Shown here in pieces: positions 1-11,699 of a stretch of 64,000 nt of DNA. A program made the position numbers and the translations under genes. Where the stretch lies: positions 133,116,001 to 133,180,000 of the forward strand of contig NW_024704742.1 in NCBI RefSeq assembly GCF_018977255.1, given 5' to 3'. Within the stretch, counting starts at the first letter, position 1; each line of letters starts with the position of its first letter. The stretch comes from Callorhinchus milii. Lineage: Eukaryota. The notes below the pieces were generated by a model. It was not told the origin of the DNA and searched no databases. It saw nothing but the letters and a program-made list of their open reading frames with translations.

Positions 1-497
1 AGTGGATGGGGGGAGAGGGCAGAGAGGGTAGGAGGATGGCTGAAGGCACGGTCGAAGAGGCGGGTCTTGAGGCGGGCCTTGAAGGAGGCAAGGGAGGGAG
101 CGAGGTGAAGGGAATGTAGGATGGAGTTCCAGAGGGTGGGGGAAGAGAAGCTGATGGCCCAACTGACGATGGTGAGGAGGGCTGGGCGGGGGACATGGAG
201 CAGGCCGGAGCCTGCTGAGCGAAGGGAGTGGACCAGTTTATAAGGGGTTAATAAGTTGGAGAGGTAGGAGGAGGCAAAGCCATGGAGGGCGTTGTAGGTG
301 AGGACGAGAATTTTGAACTCGATCCTCTGAGGGATGGGGAGCCAGAGGAGCCTGGCAAGGGAGGGGGTGATGGGGTCACGGAGTCTGGTGCGGGAGAGGA
401 TACGAGCTGTAGAGTTCTGGATGATCTGCAGGTTGTGGAGGGAAGAGTTGGGAAGGCCGACAAGCAGGTCACATAGTCCAGCCTGGTTGTCATGACT
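1..497 (-). mobile_element. L2-clade LINE 3' fragment (frameshifted ORF2 end)
   Basis: Minus strand reads TRLDY, then out-of-frame LQIIQNS..RDPITP..WLPIPQRIEFK-type text; homologous to 46927-48085. Confidence 0.85.
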
Positions 498-601
498 ACA
501 CCCCAAAGCTTTGAAACTCTCCCGCTCAATCCCTCCGTTTTGTGTTCGAGAGGAATGGTCGGTTTAATCTGTCCTGACTGATGTGCAATTTTGTGTCACA
601 G

Positions 602-768
602 GCATGGAGAAAAGGAAATTGAGTTTATTAGAGACGACAAGCACAAGAACAGATGCAACGTGAAGTTCGTTGAATTATTTTCCGCGAGTAAGTACACAGT
701 GACAGTCGTTGCAAGGAACTCGTTGGGATCCAATTCCACCTCCATCTCGTTCAAAGAGGAAACCATAG
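602..768 (+). CDS. CNTFR: CNTFR-family coding exon (C-terminal part of FNIII domain D2)
   Basis: Acceptor AG at 600-601, donor GTAAGT at 769. Encodes HGEKEIEFIRDDKHKNRCNVKFVELFSASKYTVTVVARNSLGSNSTSISFKEETI, a gap-free 55-residue match to human HGSKIMVCEKD...NALGHNATAITFDEFTI (recalled). Upstream exons lie outside the window. Confidence 0.9.
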
Positions 769-814
769 GTAAGTTCAGAGAAGCATTGACGTGGCAAAAA
801 TATATATTTTTTGC

Positions 815-1040
815 TTGATCTGACATCCGCAAATCCGTCACCATGCTCAAGAGCATCTAAACCAAACCTAGAGTCTAGTTTAGACACTCTCATGCCACCT
901 ACGCATGGAAATCTGCAATGGAATGCGCACGCTCTCTCTATCGGGGGATGGCGATCTAACTCTGGAGAGTATTAAGCACAGGTTTACGAGAGCTAAGGTT
1001 TAGGGGAACACCAGCGTGTACATTGGGGCATAAGTACTTA
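815..1040 (+). repeat. Unclassified dispersed repeat, copy A
   Basis: Shares CATGCT(C/T)AAGAG(C/T)ATC and TCTAA(C/T)TCTGGAGAGT blocks with 23565-24230 and, inverted, with 2050-2480. Confidence 0.65.
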
Positions 1041-2049
1041 ATCGGATTCTCCCGGTCAAAGCTTTGAGAGATCCATCAACAATAACAACAATGCCCTTCA
1101 CACGAGGTGGCATCTAGAGTGCTGAAGAATGGCAGAGTTGAAGAATGATGCCAAGCCAGGGAGAAAAGGGAAGTGACTCTAGGCATGATCGAAGAGGAAA
1201 GTCTTCAGGTGCAATTGGAAGCCAGACAAAGTGGGAGCGGCCAGAGAGATCGAGACAGGGAGTTCTGGAGATTTAGGGGTCGTGGCTGAAGGCATGGCTG
1301 CTGATGTTGTTCCCAAAATTGTGCTGGTTGGAGGTCTTTCCCTGAAACGAACTACTCCAGATCCACTTCTCTACTCTTTTCTCATAACCTGCAGTGTTGT
1401 TTTCCCAATGGGGACTTTGTCCTTTTGACGTTTAAGCTAAGCCCCACCGATTGCTTCAAAATCTCTGATTGAACATCTTCATTTGATTCTTGTTATTATA
1501 ACATAGTTTATGTTGCTCCTTCTGCTCATAATGGATTATTTCTCCCCTCACACACACAATCTCATGTTAGATCTCAACCATGGATGTTCCATTATCTGAT
1601 CAGCTCATTGCGTCACCAGGTCAGAGAAATACATTGACAGGAAGGGATCAACTTTGTATTTGGGAGTAAAATTGACTGTGACTGACTGCTGAGATCCTGA
1701 ACTTTTGAACGCAGGGTTTCAGTAAGGGATCAATTAGTTGCCGAAATCTACAAAGTATGACATTAGGCCATTTTTCTTTTCCCCTTTGAAAACGTATTTT
1801 CTTTTTACGTGGGTTGCTTTCCATTGTGTTTAATGCACTGTTCAAAGTGAGTAGCACATTAAAGGCAAATTGCCTTGGATCATGTTTCACTTATTGGTGC
1901 TAAGTTTGTTTTCCATCATTGGACGTGCTACAGGACATTGAGGCAGCTGTAATATCCTTAGGAAGTCCTGGTTAGTTTCACAATGCTCCTCCTAACTCAT
2001 TGAGATGCTGTGTGTGTGCGGGGGCAGGGGAATGGGTGGGTGGTGGTAA

Positions 2050-2480
2050 GCAGGATCTCCTTAGAGCTGAGCTGAGGAGCTGAGCCTAAGGATCGGCTTG
2101 GCTCGTCGGCAAGTCATGGAGGGACAAACTGTTATTGACACTTGTTATTCCTGCAAGACAAGTCCTAATGGTTAGAGTTGTTTTAGATGGACAAGAGGCG
2201 AGAAACTAGCCAGACAGTGCTTTCAATGGCAAGCTGTGTGATATTAATTAGTCAAACTTCAGCAGTTACCCCAATGAACACTCTGGCTCCCCAAGCCTTT
2301 GTTAGCGCCAATGTGTGCCTAATAGTCCGTGGATTTAAGTAAACAGAGTGCATTCCTCCAGCAAAGAGAGTGCACATTCCATTCCAGGTGGGATGCATGG
2401 AACTCACAGTCTGGTTTGGATACTCTGAAGCATGGTGATGGGTTTCTGAATGTATCAGGCACCCGGTTGACCCAAAAAAT
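2050..2480 (-). repeat. Unclassified dispersed repeat, copy B
   Basis: Reverse complement contains AAGGCTTGGGGA and AGCTTGCCATTGAAAGCACTGTCTGGC, matching 19560-19670 and 23915-24020. Confidence 0.65.
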
Positions 2481-2950
2481 ACCTCCAAAGTATTTCCTAC
2501 CTCTGCAAATCCTGTGAAGCGCTTTGAGATGTCTCGGTGATGTGATTATGGTGCTGTATCAAATGCAGGGATTGTTATAATTATTAAGACGTTTTTCTGT
2601 AGTTTCTTAAATGTGAATGTCAGTATATGAAAGTACTGTTATGAGTTTCTCAATCCCATTCGTAATCGTATAAACCTCTACAAGAGTTCCTATGAGATGT
2701 CCCATTTCAATGACAACAATAGTGTCTCGGAGCACTGTGCAGTGGTGGTGTTGGACACTGAGCAAGGGAGAAACGGGAGCGGAAGGTGATCATAGGTGTG
2801 GTTGAAGAGTTAGGTCTCAAGGTGCCATTTAGAGATAGATGAAGAGTGGCAAAACAACAACAACAACTTGGGATTACATTTGTATAGTGCCTTTCACGTC
2901 GGGAGAAAATACAGAGGTTGAGGCAGGGAATTCCCGAGGTTAAAGCGCAT

Positions 2951-3332
2951 ATAATAATAATAATAATAATCCTTGCATTTGATATTGTGCCTTACCACGT
3001 CGTTGAGACATCTCAAAGCGCTTCACAGAATATGCTATAAAGTGAATTGACTGTTTATTTTGCGCACGAAACACGACAGCCAATTGCGCACAACAGTGTC
3101 CCACAAACAGTCGCCGATTGAGCCAAATTTATTTATTTATTTTTTAAAGGGATTCTTATTCCCGGAAAGCGATCCACCAATCGACCAACAACTGGGTTCC
3201 TGCTTACAGCTAGGTAAACAGATTTGTGTGGAGTAAAGAAATTTGCCTCGGGTTTCGCTCTGCCCGGGAATTGAACCCGGATCCTCTCGCATGCGAGGCG
3301 AGTGCTTTAACCAATACACTACAGGACTCCAC
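2951..3332 (-). mobile_element. tRNA-Ala-headed SINE, full form
   Basis: Head GTGGAGTCCTGTAG with A/B boxes, central GTTTACCTAGC block, L2-type tail AAATGCAAGG(ATT)n. Confidence 0.9.
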
Positions 3333-3509
3333 AAGAGTATCGCTCTGGGACGCTATCCTGTGTGAGGAGCGCTATGTAAATGCTAGTTGTTGTTCTAGTA
3401 TCTCAGACTGCTACCCTGTGCGAAGGAAGCTTAATTTTCAGCGAAGGTTGTGGAGGTAGGTGTGAAATCAAGTGCCCATTAAGCTGATTTGTCTCCCTTC
3501 TCTTCCCAG

Positions 3510-3673
3510 TGAAACCAGATCCTCCCGAGATAATTAACGTCAATCCGGTTCCCGAGTCCCCCCAAAGGATGGTGGTGGTGTGGCAGAACCCCCCATCGTG
3601 GCCTGAACCAGATGCCATTCCGCTTAAATATTTCCTGAGGTACAAGCCCATCATTCTGGATGACTGGCAACAC
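3510..3673 (+). CDS. CNTFR: CNTFR-family coding exon (first half of FNIII domain D3)
   Basis: Pyrimidine tract plus CAG ending 3509, donor GTGAGT at 3674. G|TG joins the previous exon in frame: VKPDPPEIINVNPVPESPQRMVVVWQNPPSWPEPDAIPLKYFLRYKPIILDDWQH; 33/55 identical to recalled human sequence. Confidence 0.95.
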
Positions 3674-4034
3674 GTGAGTCCTGCACCTTTCTCTCTTGTA
3701 CCCATCAAATACTGTGTAATTGTGAATTGCATTATTCTTGCTGAGGAGGGAATGTGCAACCAGCCTCAGATTTTTACAGTGTTGGTGTGTCAGCCTGGCT
3801 CACTCAGCCTTGCCTCTGAATCAGAAGGTTTGAGGTTCAAACCCCACGTTGGGAACGTGAACTGATACAGTCCAGATTGATGTTCCATTGCATTGCGAGT
3901 GGGGGAGGAGGGAGTATTGTTGGGGATACCATCCTTTGTGGGACTTCAATCTTACATTCAGCATTCACCTTATAGGTAAAATAGGATCATCCAAGTTATT
4001 ACAATTCTTGCATTTGATAGGGCACATTATATTA

Positions 4035-4800
4035 TGAGGATTGATGATACAGAGTAAAAGAAAGAGTGAGAAGGGAGTTCAGGAGCAGAGAGACCTGGAG
4101 GTTCACATACACTGGGCTCTGAATGTGGTAGGACAGGTTGATCGAGCTGTTAAAAAAAGCATATGGGATCCTTAGCATTATAAATAGAGGCATAGAGTGC
4201 AAAAGCAAGGATGTTACATCATGCCTTTAAGTCAGTGGTTAGGCCACAGCTGGAGTATTGTGTCCAATTCTGGGCACCAAATTTTAGGAAAGATATCAAG
4301 GCCTTGGAGAGGGTGCAGATGAGGTTTACCAGAATGGTACCAGGGATGAGGGACTTTAGTTTTGTGGAGAGACTAGAGAAGCTGGGATTGTTCTCGTTAG
4401 AGCTGAGAAGGTTAATGGGAGATTTAATAGAGGTGTTCAGCAATACAAGCGGTTTTGAAAGAGTAGATTGGGAGAAACTGTTTCCACTGGCAGGTGGGGC
4501 GGTTACCAGGGTAAATAGATTTAAGATAATTGGCAAAAGAATCAGAGGGTAGATGAGGAGAAATGTTTTTACACAGAGAGTTGTTACGGTCTGGAATGCA
4601 CTGCCTGAAAGGGTGGTAGAAACAGATTCAATAACAACTATCAAAAGGGAATTGGATAAGCACTTGAAAAGGAAAAAATTGCAAGGATATGGGGAAAGAG
4701 CAGGGAGTGGGACTAATTAGGTAGCTCCTCCAAATAGCCGGTACAGACACGATGGACTGAATGGCTTCCTTCTGTGCTGTAATACTCAATGTTTCTATGA
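4035..4800 (+). mobile_element. CR1-clade LINE 3' fragment
   Basis: ORF 4211-4552 VRPQLEYCVQFWAP..LERVQMRFTRMVPG..LEKLGLFSLE is a typical CR1 ORF2 C-terminus; ends CTTCTGTGCTGTAA..TTCTATGA. Confidence 0.92.
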
Positions 4801-4954
4801 GAAAAGAGTGTGATCAGCAAAGCAAAGCCACACTGAAGCCAGACATTTCAATTTAATTTCATTCTGTAATTTCATTGCGTTTATGAGAGTGGTCTGCGAG
4901 AGAAACAATAAATAAGGACCTTTTAAACTCTCAGCAGTGGGTTGTGGCTGATAA

Positions 4955-5560
4955 TAATACAATAATAATTAATCTTATGTTTGATATGGCGCCTTATCAC
5001 GTTGTTGAAATGTTTCAAAGATGTACGGTAAAATGTAGTGATTGTGTATTCATAGGCAAACGCAGCAGGCAATTTACACCCAGCAATATTTCACAAATAG
5101 TCATAGAGTGATCGACCAATTTTATTTGGGAGAGATTGTTGGGCAGGACACTGGGAGCAACCCCTTTACATCTCGAATCTTTAACATCCACCTGAACAAG
5201 TGACGGGACCTTGGTTTATTTAGAAACATATAAACATATAAACCCCTCAAGACTGTTCTGCCATTCTATTAGATCATGGCTGATCTGTACGTCAATTCCA
5301 AATATCTGCCTTTGCCCCATATCCCTTGATACCCTGACCTAACAAAAATCTATGCACCTCAGTCTTAAAAACGTGAATGGATCCAGTCCCACAGCCTTTT
5401 TAGGAGAGAGAGTTCCAGATTTCCGCTACCCTTTGTCTGCAAAAGTGCTTCTTGATTTCACTCCTGGCCGAGCTCTAATTTTAAGATTATGCCCCTTTAA
5501 CGTCTCATGTGAAGGATGGTGCCTCTGACAAGATGCTGGAGTGTCAGTGAGATTGTGAGT
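4955..5560 (-). mobile_element. DeuSINE (SacSINE1-like) interrupted by a CR1 3' fragment (~5222-5495)
   Basis: Deu-type TCTTTAACATCCACCTGAAC..TTGGTTTA resumes as TTTAACGTCTCAT after a CR1-like block. Confidence 0.65.
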
Positions 5561-6287
5561 TAGTGAGTGATAGTCTGATTTGTTTTCTGTGTGTATGATT
5601 TATTTAATAAGGCTGCCGTTTTACTGTAGTGCGATATAATTGAGTCAATCCTTTTGTTTGGTCGCAAACAACTCTTAGCAAACATAGTTAACCAAAAACA
5701 CATTGCTTTCCTCCGAACTAAGGTTTTTTGATTGCAAGTTAGCAGCTCGAAATTTTTTAAAAAAATCTACATAGTTGCGATGACTGCTCTTGTTGCGAAA
5801 CACGGCGTCCAACAAACAGCCATGAAACGAATGTCCAATTTTCCTGTAGCATTGCTGCCCAGGACAACAACAACAAATTACACTTGTATAGCGCCCTTCA
5901 TGTCAGAAAGACGTCCCAGGGCGCTGTACAATCAGTAGTTTTGGACACCGGGAGAAACTCATCTCTCTTTGAACCTGTTAACCAATGAACGAGCAGATGA
6001 GCCTCAGCTTAATATCTTATCCAAAAGTTAGGAATGCTAACAATGTACCCTTCTCCAGTACTACCAGTGTGGACTTGAACCCACTATCTTCCAACCTGGA
6101 AGCGAAACTGCCAACTGAGAGAGGCTCATGCCTTTACAGAGTCAGGCTGACTCAATTGGAAGCACTCTTTGAGGCATCACTGTTGCCTGGTTGGAAGTGC
6201 TGGCTTTTGGATGAGACATGAAACTGAACGGTCAGCTTTTGCTTCACTGTGAAGTAACATTGTTGTCAGCAACATCTACGCATTATA

Positions 6288-6620
6288 TTAATAATGCTTT
6301 CATTTGATATAGCACCTTATCACGTTATTGACATGTCTGAAAGAACTTCACAGAATATGTTGTAGAATGAATTGATTATGTTTATGGGCAAAATGCGGCA
6401 GCCAATTGCGCACCAAATTCTTATTCTCGATATATATTTTTGAAGGGATTAGTACCCCTGGAAATTGATTAACAACCAGGTTCCTATTTACTGCTAGGTA
6501 AACAGAGGTGTGTGGAGTGGGAAAACTTGCTTAATGTTTCACACTGCCCAGGAATCAAACCTGGGTCCTCTCGCTTGCAAGACGAGTGCTCTGACCAGTA
6601 CTCTACAGTAATCTACAAGG
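6288..6620 (-). mobile_element. tRNA-Ala-headed SINE, full form
   Basis: Same head, centre and tail as 2951-3332, more diverged. Confidence 0.8.
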
Positions 6621-8725
6621 TATGACTGTCTTTGGGGAAAAACTTGCAGCATTTTTCCCCACCGTAGTTATTGAGACTCTACCATTAAAAAGAGATGTGT
6701 TTATTGCAGTGCACACTGGTGCAGCAGTATTGAAGAAGAGAATAAAAAGGCAGAGCGACAACCATTAATATGAGCAGCCTGAATAGCAGGCCCTACGACA
6801 AGGTCACCTGCGACCCCTTTAAGACTTAAAAAAAAACCCTACAAATAATTAAGTATGCCTAAGTATTGATTTTATTTCAACTAAACCCCTTTAAGAGGGG
6901 AAAGTGAGCCTTGTAGTTAGCTGCAATTTATTATCCATCAAATAGTTTGGCATGTATAGCAAATTGATCATGCACACAGGAGGAATGAGCAATATCTAGT
7001 CACCGGGCTGTGTAATGAAGAACATGAAACACAAGAAGTGATGGCAAGAGGCTAAGCATGACTTTGATTTAGTGATTTTCATTAAAAGGGATACTCCGAA
7101 AATGCCACGTGTCGTCAAATTGATGCATTTTCATATCCCTTATTTTCTGTGTTTTTGTTAATATATATCCCATATAATGGTAGTGTCCCCAATGGCTTTC
7201 GCCCACAAAACACATAGTCACTCCACTTTACGGTAAATCCTGTCTAGCACTCTGGGATGTCCTTCTGACATGAAAGACGCTGTAATAAATGTAAGGATTA
7301 TTATTATACAGCATATCCATCCTTGAGTCTCTTCAATTTGCCCCATTCCCCTTCCTCCACACGTTCAATTCAAAGCACTCCCCCAAAAAACTTTACCTCT
7401 TTAACCGTACTTTCGGTCATCCATCCCGTTCCCCACCCTCTTCGTCTCCCACTACACCACCACCCTCCCCTCCCTTCCCAGCCCTGGTGTCCAGCTAGCA
7501 CTGTGAGGTGCTTTGAAATGTCCTCCTGACGTGAAAGGTGCAATGTACATAGCTCACAAAATACACACAGTCACTCCACTTTACAGTAGAATCCTGTGAA
7601 GCGCTTTGAGACATCCTGTTGACCAGATAAGCTGCTGAATCAAAAGCCAGGATTATTTTAATTGCAACCTATATATAAAAATACATACAGCATTTTCTTT
7701 AATAAAAGGCCAGGAAATAAAAACAACGATTTCTGTGGAAGCGGTTTCATATTCTAGAAAGGATGAAGCGCAAGAGAGTGCAGGTCAGAACAAAGGAGTT
7801 AGATAAAGGTTATAAAAACAAAGGACCGAGAGAGAGAGCAAGAGAGAGAAGGAGAGAGAGAGATGACAGACGGGCATTAGGCATCTTTTAGTCTGGTGAC
7901 ATCAGATACCTTGCCCTGGCTGCAAAGGGATTTGAGCCCTTTCAGAAGCATCTGGATGTTAGTCTGCTGCGATAACAATCATCATACATCTCCCGGTACA
8001 ATAATGGCAAGCTGCCAACAAAAGAAACTATTATTAATGCACACTCGGCAAAATGACATTAGCATGGCCTCTCCCTTGTGTACGCTGCTTGATATATACA
8101 GGAGAGAGAGGGCGGGAGAAGAAGAGAGGAGATGGGGGTGGGGGGGAAGGAAAGGAAAGACTTTCATGAGATAGCTGTCACAGGAGACAGTTGAATAACT
8201 GTTTTTTTCCCAATGCTAATGGCTCCTCAATGCACCGAGTATTGATTGCCCATTAATCTGACTGCTGATGGCTTCTGCAAAGTTACTTGGCAGACACACA
8301 AAGCCCTTTTAGAAAAAAACAGACCCTGGAAGAGCAGAAAGGAGGAAGAAAATACATCTGACTCGGTAACTATGTAGCTAAGGCCAGATTAAAGAAACGT
8401 GTAGCCCTTTGATTATAACCGCCCTCATCGGCCTTTTCCATTTTTAAAATGACCCTTTAGATCACTGCAGTGCGTTTAGCCCAGATGATATAGTTTAACT
8501 CCCCGGTCCTGCATTTCTGAATTCAGCTGCTAAATATTTACAAATGTTATTTACTCGAGAAATGAAGGCTCCTCCGTTGCAGCGCATGATTTATTTTGTC
8601 AAATTGTTTCAGTGCATCTTCTGGGCTGTTTACGTAAATTGGTAAATCAGAGGTGAGTTTATCTTTTCTTTCCAATCTCTTTTTGAGCAACCACAAGAAG
8701 GAAAGGTGGGGGCTCGTGACTAGTA

Positions 8726-9325
8726 ACAATCATAATCCTTGCATTCGTGGAGTCCTGTAGCTCAGTGGTTAGAGCACTCGCTTTGCAAGCGAGAGACCTG
8801 AGTTCAATTCCAGGCAGAGGGGAAACCTTGGGCAAGTTTCCTTACTCCACACACCTAATAATAATCCCTCCAAAAAAAAACAATAATAAATTGGTCATTT
8901 TCAATATACGACTGTTTGTGGGACATTGCTGTGCGCAATTGGCTGCTGCATTCGCCCACAAATATACAGTCAATTCACTTTACAGTGTGTTCTGTGAAGC
9001 GCTTTGGGACGTCCTCCCGACGTGAAAACCGCTATATCAATGCAAGGATTATTATTATTATGGTGCCTTATCATGTCATCAAGACGTCTCAAAGCGCTTC
9101 ACAGAATATACTGTTAAGTGAATTGACTATATTTTGTGGGAGAAACGCGGCAGCCAATTGCGCCAAGCAGTGTCCCACAAACAGTCGTGGATTGAGTGAC
9201 CAAATTTTTTTTCAGGAATTATGACCACCGGATATGCCAACCGACTAACAACCGGGCTCTTACCTACTGCTAGGTAAACAGAGGCGTGTGGAGTCAGGAG
9301 ACTTCCCTAACTTTTCACCCTGACT
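8726..9325 (-). mobile_element. tRNA-Ala-family SINE, host of the 8747-9058 insertion
   Basis: Tail AATCCTTGCATT at ~8734-8745 resumes as ATGGTGCCTTATCATGTC at ~9060. Confidence 0.75.
8747..9058 (+). mobile_element. tRNA-Ala-headed SINE, short (internally deleted) form
   Basis: A box TAGCTCAGTGG, anticodon arm CTCGC-TTTGCAA-GCGAG, B box GTTCAATTCC; lacks the central block; tail GGGACGTCCTCCCGACGTG..(ATT)n. Confidence 0.92.
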
Positions 9326-9392
9326 GAGTATGAATATCAGTGCTAACTAGTTGGGACAAATGGCCTGTTTCCATGCCACATCACTCAGTGTA

Positions 9393-9803
9393 GGTCAGCC
9401 TCAGTTGGTAGCCCTCTTTCCTTTAAGTCAGAAGTTTGCAGGTTTAAGCCCCACATCAAGACACTCCAATGCAGTGCTGGGGTTGTGTTGCATTGATGGA
9501 GGTGCCGTCCTTCGGATAAAATATTAAACTAAAGTCATGTCTGTCTGCTGAGGTGAAAGCTAAAGATCCCATGGCACTGCTCGAAAAGAGAAGAAAATTT
9601 CTCCTGGTGTCCTGATTGACAATCCCTCAGATAAAATTGAGTCACTGAGTTCATTGGCTATTTGTGGAACAATGCTGTACACAAAATGGCTGCATAGTCA
9701 CCTATGAAATACACAGTCATTACACATTACAGTAATTCCAGTGCAAACTTTGAGACATCTCAACGACCTGATAAGGTACTATAGCAAATGCAAGGGTTAT
9801 TAT
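9393..9803 (+). mobile_element. DeuSINE (SacSINE1-like), near full length
   Basis: tRNA-like head CTCAGTTGGTAGC..GGTTTAAGCCCCAC, Deu-type AAAGATCCCATGGCACT..CCTGGTGTCCTG, L2-type tail. Confidence 0.8.
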
Positions 9804-10303
9804 AGTAATCTCCTGATAATTTGTCACTCCAAGAGAAAGGGTTTCAGTGACGAGTTATCCGGAGTGGCAAATTAGGTATATGTATAAATACATAAATGAA
9901 CGTGGCTGCTATATTGACAGCTTGATGACTTAAGTGGTAGTGACAAGTTAAGCCAGGGTCAGGATATCAGGAGTTTACTGTACGCAACTAATCAATATAA
10001 CAGCAATTTGCACCTTTAGAGCGACCTTCACATAGAAGAACATCTCAGAAGAACATTTATGTAGCGTAGCGCCTTTCACTTCGGACTGAAAGCCTCTCTA
10101 AAAATATAACTTGTTGTTGTCTCGAAGCATTGCGAGAATGTTGGGAATTCTCTGGTAGGAAAGTACACGGGCTGGATAAATTCTGGGTCCTCATGATTTA
10201 AATTATTTACACAGCAATATCAATAACCACACTCATTATTCAAAGTAATACACAGCGGCTATACAGTAGCTGCAGATCTATTTTTATACACTCCTTCCAA
10301 AGT

Positions 10304-10620
10304 AATAATAATAAATAATAATCCTTGCGTTTGATATAGTGCTTTTCACATCTTCTAGACGTCTCAAAGCGCTTCACGGAATATACTGTGAATTGAATTG
10401 ACTATTTGTGGGTGAAGTACAGCGGCCAATTGCACACAGCAGTGTCCCACAAACAATCATGGATTGAGAGACCAAATTATTATTGTTTGTTTTCTTGAGG
10501 GATTATTATTAGGCGTGTGGAGTAAGGAAACTTGCCCAAGGTTTCGTCCTGTTGGAAATTGAACCCAGGTCTGTCACTTGCGAGGTGAGTGCTCTCACCA
10601 CTGAGCTACAGGACTCCACG
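10304..10620 (-). mobile_element. tRNA-Ala-headed SINE, short form
   Basis: Same deletion junction (CCACACGCCTAATAATAATCCC) as 8747-9058. Confidence 0.88.
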
Positions 10621-11699
10621 TAGATCATTAAATTACAACAATTAACCCTTGGAGTGCGCAGTAATCATTTCTCAGCTTTTTTTGTGAACCACAAGGGTAT
10701 GAGGGAAAGGGCAGGTAAATGGGCCTGAAAGGATTGCTCTTTAAAAGAGCCAGCACAGACACGATGGGCCAGAAAGGTCTTCTTCTGTCCTGTAAATTTC
10801 TCTAAATCTGTAGAAAATTAAAATAAAACCGTGAACACCATCACAACAACAACTTGCACTTATATAGCGCCCTCCACGCCAGGCGGTGTCTGAGAACTAG
10901 GGGGAGGGGGAAGGTGAGTGTAGGCGCGATCGAAAAGGAAGGTCTTCAGGCGCAACCTGAAGATGGGGAAGGAGGGGGCAAGATGAAGGGGTTGAGGGAG
11001 GGAGTTCCAAAGTTTCAGGGCATAGTGGCTGAAATAACGTAATATCTTCCGTTCACTAATCTTCCTAATTCTTCATAGTTAATGCAGATATTTATGTTTA
11101 ATTGAGCTAAGAGGAAATGTGAAATTAACCAGCTCAATTTAGTAATTGGGCTAAAAGGAAATTTCATATTATCCTTTTAGCTTAATTACTTGGCCAACTT
11201 GTACTACTTATAATTAATATTCCCCGGCAGGAATATAAATATTTAAATGACATATAAATGATACAGTGGATGCTAGTTAATTTCACGGGTCCATTTTTGC
11301 TCTACCACCACACAGTAACATTTAGGTAATGCCTTTCATGTCATGTCTCGAAGTGCTATGCAAAGTGGACTGGGAATCCAAGATGGGAGTGGGGGTGCTG
11401 AACATACAGCCTTAATCTTTTACAGTCCGCTTTCATAAGAGGTCGTGAAAGGTTCTCGTCTGGTTCTTTCTTATAAAATCTGGTCAATTGTAAAATTAAA
11501 CCTTATAAAAGTAAACAACAATCTTCCTCAAGTCTCGATTAGTAGAGTTAGTAATCATAACCATTCGCCCACAAAATATATTCAATTCACTTTACAGTTT
11601 ATTCTGTGAAGGGCTTTAAGACCTCTCAAAGACGTGATAAGATGCCATATCAAATGCAAGGATTTTTATTATTATTCTCCCGTGAATATTAAGTGTCAA

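Noticed and set aside
3674..3865. Extension of ORF 3509-3865 as coding
   Set aside because: CNTFR similarity stops at the GTGAGT donor; the remainder runs into a DeuSINE head.
8747..8825. tRNA-Ala gene (also ~26929, 43749, 56488)
   Set aside because: A/B boxes and anticodon arm are present, but there is no proper acceptor stem and each runs into a SINE body and tail.
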